A DNA stretch of 32,000 nucleotides from NCBI RefSeq assembly GCF_000012805.1, contig NC_007484.1, positions 2,370,001 to 2,402,000 on the forward strand, given 5' to 3'. Positions 8,825 through 14,752 of this stretch are shown in pieces. The position numbers and the translations under genes were made by a program. Numbering within the stretch: position 1 is the stretch's first letter; each line of letters opens with the position of its first letter. The notes under the pieces are model-generated. The model had not been told where the DNA came from. It ran no database searches and saw only the letters and a list, made by a program, of their open reading frames with translations. The stretch is from Nitrosococcus oceani ATCC 19707 (GTDB taxonomy: Bacteria > Pseudomonadota > Gammaproteobacteria > Nitrosococcales > Nitrosococcaceae).

Positions 8825-9169
8825 TTATCTACCGGTGCTCTCACCAACGGCGAAAGCAATAGCTTCGGGAATAAAATCGGAAAGCATGGCAACTAGCTGA
8901 CCGGCTGAGCTTTTTAGTTGATTCAAAAGCATATCGAGGAGGTAGAAGAAAACTCCTCCTGCTCCGAGACATAAGGCTGCGGTTAAAGGTGATAGTTTAC
9001 TAACCCCATCAGACACTAAGACCAGTGCCACAGCAGATATAAGCGCACCACCGCCGAAAGCAACCATAAACTGCCGAGATCTTTGCCTCAAAAATGCGGG
9101 ATGCATAAAATCAAGGCGGGCAGGCCCAGCGAAAAGCGATAACAACATGATGTAGACGTATTCAGGCAT
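8825..9169 (-). CDS. small integral membrane protein; possibly a truncated ZIP-family metal transporter fragment or a fourth integron cassette ORF
   Basis: 114 aa with about 3 hydrophobic helices. The C-terminal DFIPEAIAFAVG loosely resembles the mid-protein (N/D)xPE(G/A) motif of ZIP permeases, which are normally about 250 aa. There is no obvious SD. The ORF starts 10 nt after the attC-like GTTATAC box. Confidence 0.35.
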   Translation of the reverse strand: MPEYVYIMLLSLFAGPARLDFMHPAFLRQRSRQFMVAFGGGALISAVALVLVSDGVSKLSPLTAALCLGAGGVFFYLLDMLLNQLKSSAGQLVAMLSDFIPEAIAFAVGESTGR

Positions 9170-9178
9170 ATCTATTAG

Positions 9179-9223
9179 GTATAACGCCGCATTCAGCGGC
9201 TTGTCCGCCGCAACGCCTTGTTA
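9179..9223 (-). other. attC-like site 3, distal part (R' box GTTATAC); the proximal part is at 10127-10138 on the other side of the IS
   Basis: Read on the minus strand with the IS removed: GGCTAG[TA]ACAAGGCGTTGCGGCGGACAAGCCGCTGAATGCGGCGTTATAC. It contains TAAC-AA...GGAC, an internal GCGGC/GCCGC stem and GC-GTTATAC. The GGCTAgtAAC box nearly complements GTTAGCC, which opens this cassette. Confidence 0.45.
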
Positions 9224-10128
9224 TAGTAGTTCGCATTAATAAGGTTACATGCTATGTTTACGGATGAGGTATTCAATAGACCTGAGAGAAGCCGTAATCT
9301 CGTACGTAAATAATGGCGGTAGCAAGAGCGACGCTGCTCGAATATTCAATATTTCGCGCCATACGCTGTATAGATGGCTTGGAATGGATGATTTGCGTCC
9401 TTAAAAGCCTGGTTTTCGCCGTAGGAAGATCGATAAAATGGCTCTCAAGGCACATGCTCAGCAATTCCCTGATCTGTATCTTCATGAACGGGCTGCTATC
9501 TTTGATGTTCACACCAGCTCAATGGGGCGGATGTTGAAGAAGTTGGGGATCGTAAAAAAAGAACGTCAGTATAAAGAGCGTTGCCTTATGAAAAGGCAAG
9601 AGTTTTGTAAGAAACTCAAAGCCGAGCATCGAATGTTTGGATTCAAGAACCTGATTGACGTTGATGAGACTGGCTTTGATGCCCCTACACCCAGGCCATC
9701 TAGCTGGGCGGTGAAGGGCTGTAGAATCTTTGGCGAAATCACAGGACAGCGCAAACGTAGAACAAATCTGCTCATGGCACAGCGCCACGGCGCAAAAGGC
9801 CGGGAGAAAGAATGGCTAGCGCCGATGCTGTTTAAAGGATCGTGCAATGCACAGCTTTTTGAAATGTGGGTTGAACAATGCCTAATGAAAGAACTGCATG
9901 AACCCACCATCGTGGTCATGGACAATTCCTCATTTCACAACCATAAACGCGTTCAAGATATTCTGGCCAAGGGCTATCTCACTATTTGATCCCGCTACCG
10001 CCCTACTCACCCGACTTAAATCCCATCGAAAGAACATTTGGCGCACTCAAAAAACGAAGGCAAGGTATCCCGCAAGACACAACAATCGATCAACTCATAT
10101 TGTCCTATTATTAATGCGAACTACTATA
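9222..10128 (+). mobile_element. IS630 (Tc1/mariner)-family insertion sequence, about 0.9 kb, flanked by a TA duplication
   Basis: Perfect 21-bp terminal inverted repeats: TATAGTAGTTCGCATTAATAA at 9222-9242 and its reverse complement at 10108-10128. The outermost TA on each side is the expected TA target duplication. The interior encodes an IS630-type DDE transposase. Confidence 0.85.
9264..10114 (+). pseudogene. IS630-family transposase, inactivated (in-frame TAA plus frameshift)
   Basis: MRYSIDLREAVISYVNNGGSKSDAARIFNISRHTLYRWL (HTH) runs into an in-frame TAA at 9402-9404. It continues in the same frame as KPGFRRRKIDK...DVDETGF...VVMDNSSFH to a TGA at 9987-9989. The conserved LIPLPPYSPDLNPIERTFGALKK segment then follows in another frame (9986-10114). 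The DDE triad is recognisable (DETG, MDNS, NPIE). Confidence 0.85.
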
Positions 10129-10138
10129 CTAGCCAGCG

Positions 10139-10850
10139 CTACGTGTATCTTGGAGTTCCGAGCAAGCTTGAGACCCTAACGCGATCCCCTAAGCTCGCCA
10201 TTTCTGCGCTCTTTCGTGTGAGCTGTACATCCTGGGGCTCAAGAGATGGATCTAGAAAAATGCGATCCACAAGCATGTCAAAGTCGAAAGGAGCCCGAAT
10301 TCTTTGCTCTGGCACAGTTACGCCAAACTCTTCAGCAAAGCTAAGTGAAATTCTGAGGCGAAACTCCCGCTTCGACGAGAATGCCATGTGCTTGTGCCAG
10401 AATTTTCCAATTGCATTGATGCGAAGTCTTTCATGAAGTAAGCCAACATACTTCACATTGCCGCCCCAAAACTCTTCGCCCTTATGCTGGGCTTCCAATC
10501 GGAAGGTTGCAGCTGATGCTGACAACCTCCCAAGGCTTGTACAGGCGCCTGCGTAGAGTTGCCACAGTGCATCGCTCTCATACGAAGAACGATGCCAGCA
10601 ACTGATTTCTGTCAGTCGGCGAAGCTGCTCAAACACGCGCTCGCCAAGATCACCTTCCAAGCGAGTAGCGAGGGTCAATGGAGGCATCGGGAGGCAGTAC
10701 AGCAGTTGCACCTTCGAACGGATCTTGAAACTGACGGGCAGCAACGAAGTAAAGCTCCCCTGTCTGTAGAAGATCTACGAATCGCTCTGTCTTTAAATAG
10801 CGCCACAGGTGCTCGTTTTCATCAATATCTTGATCGGTTGCGTTACGCAA
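10139..10850 (-). pseudogene. DUF2971-family protein, frameshifted (cassette 3)
   Basis: The N-terminal piece (10850-10650; TTG start with an AGGAG SD 6 nt upstream) carries HLWRYLKTERFVDLLQTGELYFVAARQFQDPFEG, the DUF2971 N-terminal signature. The remainder (ISCWHRSSYESDALWQLYAG...) is in a different frame (10744-10139). The two ORFs overlap at 10650-10744. Confidence 0.6.
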
Positions 10851-10864
10851 GTCGGGCTCCTACT

Positions 10865-10931
10865 GGCTAACGCTAAAGCTGTGTGTGGGGCGCGCAGCGA
10901 AGCAAGCGTCCTACACGAGCGTCTTGTCAGC
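10865..10931 (-). other. attC-like site 2
   Basis: Minus strand: AGCTGACAAGACGCTCGTGTAGGACGC...GCGCCCCACACACAGCTTTAGCGTTAGCC. The 3' end CTTTAGC-GTTAGCC fits the attC L'-R' consensus. The 5' box is GAC rather than AAC, so it is degenerate. The stop codon of the upstream ORF lies inside the 5' box. Confidence 0.45.
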
Positions 10932-11508
10932 TGTGAGTAAACGAATTCGATTTATTTGACTCATGCACTTCGAAACAAAAGGCAATAGTCACTGAATTAG
11001 CCGAAGTAACAATCTCCAGTGTCCAATTATTTTCTGGCCACTCCCAAAAGCCATCCATATATCGTTCTGTACAGATACGGTCGATTACACTCACTAGCTT
11101 GCTTTCTTTGTTTTCAAGCTTAGCATTAACAATGTTAAATGAGTTTTTATATAGCTCTTTAGCTTTGCTTATAAAGTGCTCTGCACCAGAGTTCAGCGAG
11201 CAATAGCCGGGATAGCTAACCGCCTTATAAACGGTTCTTTTATTGATGCCTTTTCCTGGATTAAAAATTGGCGTTTGGTGTATAAAATAGATTTCCTTCA
11301 AATACACATTGCCGCCACGGGAACTAAGTTCAAGATTAAGCTGGATATCATATGTTCCATCTTCTATAGCACGAATATTAGCACCATGAAGGCTTGCTCT
11401 AAATGTTGGTTTCCTAAAATACTCTTTATGAGCAAGTATTCCCAAGTTGATAATTCCGAGCCCTAGCCCCCCAAAGGCTGCAATTGTGCGAGCCATTTCT
11501 AAATCCAT
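10927..11508 (-). CDS. hypothetical single-pass membrane protein (193 aa), cassette 2
   Basis: The ATG at 11508 is preceded by AAGGA 6 nt upstream. N-terminal TM helix (ARTIAAFGGLGLGIINLGILA) followed by a soluble domain with no motif I recognise. The coding sequence is visibly AT-rich relative to its flanks. The longer ORF-track start (11598) would run through attC-like site 1 and the toxin gene. Confidence 0.6.
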   Translation of the reverse strand: MDLEMARTIAAFGGLGLGIINLGILAHKEYFRKPTFRASLHGANIRAIEDGTYDIQLNLELSSRGGNVYLKEIYFIHQTPIFNPGKGINKRTVYKAVSYPGYCSLNSGAEHFISKAKELYKNSFNIVNAKLENKESKLVSVIDRICTERYMDGFWEWPENNWTLEIVTSANSVTIAFCFEVHESNKSNSFTHS

Positions 11509-11521
11509 ATCTGTTCCTTTT

Positions 11522-11585
11522 TTACAACTTCGGGGAGTTGACTGCGCCGACGAAGGAGGCGTCCGAGTTGAGCACCGAGTTAGGT
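11522..11585 (-). other. attC-like site 1
   Basis: Minus strand: ACCTAAC-TCGGTGCTCAACTCGGACGCC...GTCGGCGCAGTCAACTCCCCGAA-GTTGTAA (64 nt). CTAACTCGG pairs with CCGA(A)GTTG leaving one extrahelical base. The R'' box ACCTAAC contains the toxin stop codon and is the exact complement of GTTAGGT at 12156-12162. Confidence 0.5.
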
Positions 11586-11873
11586 GCGTGATTTCCAATA
11601 ACCCGGCCGCTGCCTAAGATGCATGACCGCGATGATCTCTATGCGCTCATTACTAACGCGGTATATGACACCATAGGGAAAGCGCAGTATCCGACACTTC
11701 CTTGCTTCCCCTTCGATGCGACGATAGATCAATGGATTTCTCCTTATTCGGGAAATCGTGTCGTTCAACGCTTCCAGAAAGCGTACCTCAAGATTAGACT
11801 GCTGCTCTTTATAAAATGCAGCCGCCTCATCGGCCTCTGCAAACGCTTCCGGATGAAACCAACAGGGTTTCAT
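11580..11873 (-). CDS. type II toxin, RelE/ParE family
   Basis: 97 aa with the ParE-like pattern F.PEA..E..EA..FY......L..RF...L...I..I..NP......EG..R...L.RFPYGVIYRV....IEIIAVMH.R.RP. The start overlaps the antitoxin stop (ATGA at 11870-11873). Confidence 0.85.
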   Translation of the reverse strand: MKPCWFHPEAFAEADEAAAFYKEQQSNLEVRFLEALNDTISRIRRNPLIYRRIEGEARKCRILRFPYGVIYRVSNERIEIIAVMHLRQRPGYWKSRT

Positions 11874-12100
11874 GAATATTTTTTCTGAAGCTGGACCAAG
11901 GCGTTTTCTGCTGATATGAGCTGTACTTTTCCTTCATCTATTTCACGACAGCGTTTCTGAATTTCCTTCATCCACTCATCTGAAATCAGAAAGTCCTCTT
12001 CATAATCTAGACTTTCCAACAGTAGCTCCGCTAGGGACGCTCTAGCGGTTGATGGGAGCTTGAGGGCTTTTTCGGCGATTTCTTCGATATCAGACTTCAT
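11870..12100 (-). CDS. type II antitoxin, putative addiction-module component (Unstab_antitox/TIGR02574-like)
   Basis: MKSDIEEIAEKALKLPSTARASLAELLLESLDYEED...SDEWMKEIQKRCREIDEGKVQLISAE matches that family's pattern. The ATG at 12100 has GAGG 8 nt upstream. The gene is coupled to the toxin gene. Confidence 0.8.
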   Translation of the reverse strand: MKSDIEEIAEKALKLPSTARASLAELLLESLDYEEDFLISDEWMKEIQKRCREIDEGKVQLISAENALVQLQKKYS

Positions 12101-12155
12101 AACAAAACCTCGCATAGTCAACTTATTACGTGTATCTCGGCCCTGCTGCTGCCGC

Positions 12156-12300
12156 ACCTAACAATTTATTCTCAAGTAAATACGCCCTGATAAGTTGATA
12201 TTACCCAATAAATTAGGGGTTTTTGCCAGGATAAGTTCCTATTTAGGTAAATTTGCCCTAATAACTTGATATTAATTTAAAAATAGGGCAAATACGCCTG
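12156..12300 (-). other. candidate attI region with core site GTTAGGT and flanking direct repeats
   Basis: A perfect GTTRRRY core (GTTAGGT on the minus strand, 12162-12156) lies at the boundary of the first cassette. On the intI side are two 28-nt direct repeats (12176-12203 and 12247-12274) plus a third partial copy at 12285-12298. Confidence 0.4.
12176..12274. repeat. two 28-nt imperfect direct repeats, 71 bp apart
   Basis: GTAAATACGCCCTGATAAGTTGATATTA (12176-12203) versus GTAAATTTGCCCTAATAACTTGATATTA (12247-12274), 24/28 identical. AGGGCAAATACGCC at 12285-12298 repeats the AAATACGCC core and is an inverted copy of ATTTGCCCT. Confidence 0.7.
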
Positions 12301-12338
12301 CATATTTTTTAGAAATTATCATAAATGCTAGCTAAAAG

Positions 12339-12580
12339 ATGTCAAGGGAAAACACCCCTACTTGGCTGGAAGAAGTTCGCCGGATTATGCGCTTAAAACA
12401 TGACTCCCTTCATACGGAGAGAACTTACAGCAGATGGATTAAATAGTTTATTAGGTTTCATCGGCTGGCAGAGAAAGATGAGTTGTTTGTTGAAAGCCGA
12501 GGCAAAGGTTGAGTCTTTTTTAAGCGGGTTGGCAGTAGAGTGGAATGTAGCGGTTGCCACGCAAAACCAGGCGATGAACG
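12339..12580 (+). pseudogene. intI: integron-integrase-like tyrosine recombinase, N-terminal remnant only
   Basis: MSRENTPTWLEEVRRIMRLKHDSLHTERTYSRWIK*(TAG 12444)FIRFH..., then a TGA at 12510. A frame change leads to AEAKVESFLSGLAVEWNVAVATQNQAMN. For comparison, the IntI1 N-terminus is [32 protein letters not shown]...SSEVEAFLSWLA. Homology ends at about 12580, so the catalytic domain is absent. Confidence 0.7.
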
Positions 12581-12745
12581 ACGATGATTTACAGCCATAT
12601 TTTAAATTAGGGCGGCCATGGGGTGACAAGCCCATTGGAGAACTTGGAGGGGTAATCCCCCTCCCTCCCTTTCTCCTACCCCATAGCGACCACCTCACAA
12701 ACCCTTCCTCTGCATCTCATTCCTCAATCATCGAACCTCTCTCCT

Positions 12746-12901
12746 CTAACTTTTATGCCTTCGGTTTCTAAGTTGACCCACCCTCATGATTAGCAAGGCC
12801 GTCAAGATCAACCATCCAACAGGATAGTGGATTAAACCCATAAAAAAGGCTCCCAACGTTAATACTAGTAAAACACTCAATAGCAAGAGATACCCATCCA
12901 T
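12746..12901 (-). CDS. possible small hydrophobic peptide (51 aa), not in the ORF track
   Basis: ATG at 12901 with GGAG 8 nt upstream. Translation: MDGYLLLLSVLLVLTLGAFFMGLIHYPVGWLILTALLIMRVGQLRNRRHKS, i.e. two predicted TM helices and a basic tail. No homology is recognised. Confidence 0.3.
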   Translation of the reverse strand: MDGYLLLLSVLLVLTLGAFFMGLIHYPVGWLILTALLIMRVGQLRNRRHKS

Positions 12902-12913
12902 ATTTTCAACTCC

Positions 12914-12942
12914 TTGATAATTATAAATAAATTTTATATAAT
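12914..12942 (+). promoter_or_regulatory. candidate sigma-70 promoter for hslO
   Basis: TTGATA (12914-12919), 17-nt spacer, TATAAT (12937-12942), about 100 nt upstream of the hslO ATG. Caveat: this is an AT-rich region where chance matches occur. Confidence 0.45.
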
Positions 12943-13041
12943 CGTATAAGCGCCATTGAACTCCGCCCTAAAAGGGTGTCTAATGACGTTTCCTATATTG
13001 TATGTATATAACCTATATTAAATCTCGGTAAGTTTCCTTTA

Positions 13042-13911
13042 ATGAATAATCGGGATAACCTACATCGCTTCTTATTTGAAGAAGCTAAAATCAGGGGCGA
13101 ACTGGTACAGCTCGACGCTAGCTGGCGGGCCGTGCTTGCCTGCCATGATTACCCCGCCGTTGTACAGTCCCAACTCGGTCAGGCGTTAGCGGCTACGATT
13201 TTGCTCTCGGCTACCATTAAATTTAAAGGCTCCCTCATCCTCCAGACGCAAAGTGAAGGCCCTCTGCAAACCCTAGTAGCACAAGCTACTCATCATAGAA
13301 CTTTGCGTGGATTAGCCCGCTGGGATGGCGATGTTCCTCATGGATCACTATCGGAAACTTATGGTTCTGGCCGACTGGCACTTACTATCCAAACAGAAGG
13401 AAAAAACCCCTATCAAGGCATTGTTTCCCTAGAGGGTGTGAATTTGGCGGAAGCACTGCAAACTTATTTTTCCCGCTCGGAACAACTTCGAACTCGCCTT
13501 TGGCTGGTTGCGGATGAGCAGCAGGCAGTGGGATTGTTCCTCCAGGAACTCCCCTCTCAACAAGGGCACAAGACTGACTGGGAGCGTATCGCGCTGCTAG
13601 CAAGTACGGTCACGACACAAGAAATGCTATCGTTGCCCAGCACGGAGCTGCTCTACCGCCTATTCAATGAAGAGCAAGTTCGTTTGTTTGAGCCAGAGCC
13701 GGTCTCTTTTCGCTGTGGTTGTTCCCGGGGGCGGATCGAACAAACCCTAGCAGCTTTAGGACGAGAGGAGATGGAATCTATCTTGAAAGAACAAGGCATA
13801 ATTGAAGTAGACTGTGAGTTTTGCAACCGCCATTATAATTTTGACCGAGTGGACATGGAGCAACTATTTACTGAACAAGTGAAAGCTCCAGTGACCTCTA
13901 CACGACATTAA
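13042..13911 (+). CDS. hslO: redox-regulated chaperone Hsp33
   Basis: 289 aa. N-terminal LHRFLFEEAKIRGELV; C-terminal zinc/redox switch CGCS...(30 aa)...CEFC (FRCGCSRGRIE...VDCEFCNRHYNF). Confidence 0.93.
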   Translation: MNNRDNLHRFLFEEAKIRGELVQLDASWRAVLACHDYPAVVQSQLGQALAATILLSATIKFKGSLILQTQSEGPLQTLVAQATHHRTLRGLARWDGDVPHGSLSETYGSGRLALTIQTEGKNPYQGIVSLEGVNLAEALQTYFSRSEQLRTRLWLVADEQQAVGLFLQELPSQQGHKTDWERIALLASTVTTQEMLSLPSTELLYRLFNEEQVRLFEPEPVSFRCGCSRGRIEQTLAALGREEMESILKEQGIIEVDCEFCNRHYNFDRVDMEQLFTEQVKAPVTSTRH

Positions 13912-13914
13912 GCC

Positions 13915-14685
13915 ATGGCGATATCACAACCGGCTTCCCTGCCTCCTTGCGAATCACAATCTGTTTCCAATTTAGCCCTTATTACCCTCGATCTAGATGA
14001 AACCGTCTGGCCTAGCAAAGCTGTATTGAGAAAAGCTGAAGAAACCCAATTTAAGTGGCTTCAACAGCAAGCCCCATACCTGACAGCCAAGCACGATCTG
14101 GAGAGCCTGCGGAGCCATAGACGATTTATTCGAGAACGGTATACCGAGATTGCGTACGATCTGACAGCCGTGCGCACCGCTTCCCTGCGCTTGCTGCTCG
14201 AGGAATTTGGCTATTCACCAGGCTTAGCGGAAGAGGCCATTGCTATTTTTCTCGAAGCCAGGAACTGGGTAACCCCCTACACGGATGTCCCGCCCGTCCT
14301 TGAAAAACTAGCCCGTACTTACCGCCTTGCCTCGCTCACGAATGGCAATGCCGATGTTCAATACACACCGTTAAAAGCTCATTTCCATTTTTCCCTGACC
14401 CCTGCTATAGCGGGGGCCGCCAAACCCGCGCCGGACATGTTTTATCGAGCGTTGGAACAGGCAGGTGCTGAGCCCCATCAGGCCGTCCATGTAGGCGATC
14501 ATCCAGAATGCGACATTATTGCCGCCCAGCAAGTAGGCATGCGCGCAGTCTGGATTAACCGGCTAGAAACCCCCTGGCCAGCGGATTTGCCACCCCCAGA
14601 GGCCACCATCAAAAACTTTCACGAATTTGAACAGTGGCTTTTACAGGAAACTAAAACCCAGAAGCCATCCGCAAACTTGTTTTAA
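13915..14685 (+). CDS. HAD-superfamily hydrolase (subfamily IA-like)
   Basis: Motif I ITLDLDETVW (DxDxT); motif II SLTNGN; motif III KP.PDMF; motif IV HVGDHPECDI. The start lies 4 nt after the hslO stop. Confidence 0.85.
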   Translation: MAISQPASLPPCESQSVSNLALITLDLDETVWPSKAVLRKAEETQFKWLQQQAPYLTAKHDLESLRSHRRFIRERYTEIAYDLTAVRTASLRLLLEEFGYSPGLAEEAIAIFLEARNWVTPYTDVPPVLEKLARTYRLASLTNGNADVQYTPLKAHFHFSLTPAIAGAAKPAPDMFYRALEQAGAEPHQAVHVGDHPECDIIAAQQVGMRAVWINRLETPWPADLPPPEATIKNFHEFEQWLLQETKTQKPSANLF

Positions 14686-14752
14686 TTTTAACCTCCAGGA
14701 GAGGCACTTTCCTCCCCTGGCTTCAGCCAAGAGGGGAAAGTGCAAAGAGACT

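Noticed and set aside
8705-8896. 63-aa plus-strand ORF
   Set aside because: It runs through the sigma-gene terminator hairpin and overlaps the minus-strand membrane ORF. It has no SD.
9898-10436. ORFs 9898-10179 and 10038-10436 (+)
   Set aside because: They cross the IS630 right end and the antisense strand of the DUF2971 gene. They are out-of-frame artefacts of the transposase frameshift region.
11509-11598. Upstream extension of the cassette-2 ORF
   Set aside because: It would read through attC-like site 1 and into the toxin gene. The ATG at 11508 has an SD and starts at the TM helix.
12101-12157. Upstream extension of the antitoxin ORF (GTG at 12157)
   Set aside because: The extension lies just inside the putative cassette boundary (its GTG falls within the GTTAGGT core) and lacks an SD, whereas the ATG at 12100 has GAGG upstream and matches the family N-terminus.
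12400-12771. 123-aa plus-strand ORF, and antisense ORF 12393-12698
   Set aside because: The middle of the plus-strand ORF is simply the frameshifted integrase remnant (VESFLSGLAVEWNVAVATQNQAMN). The remainder has no homology, so it is not an independent gene.
14627-14752. N-terminal extension of the M16 protease ORF
   Set aside because: It begins inside the HAD hydrolase gene, and the extension has no similarity to M16 N-termini. The ATG at 14753 gives a normal protein.
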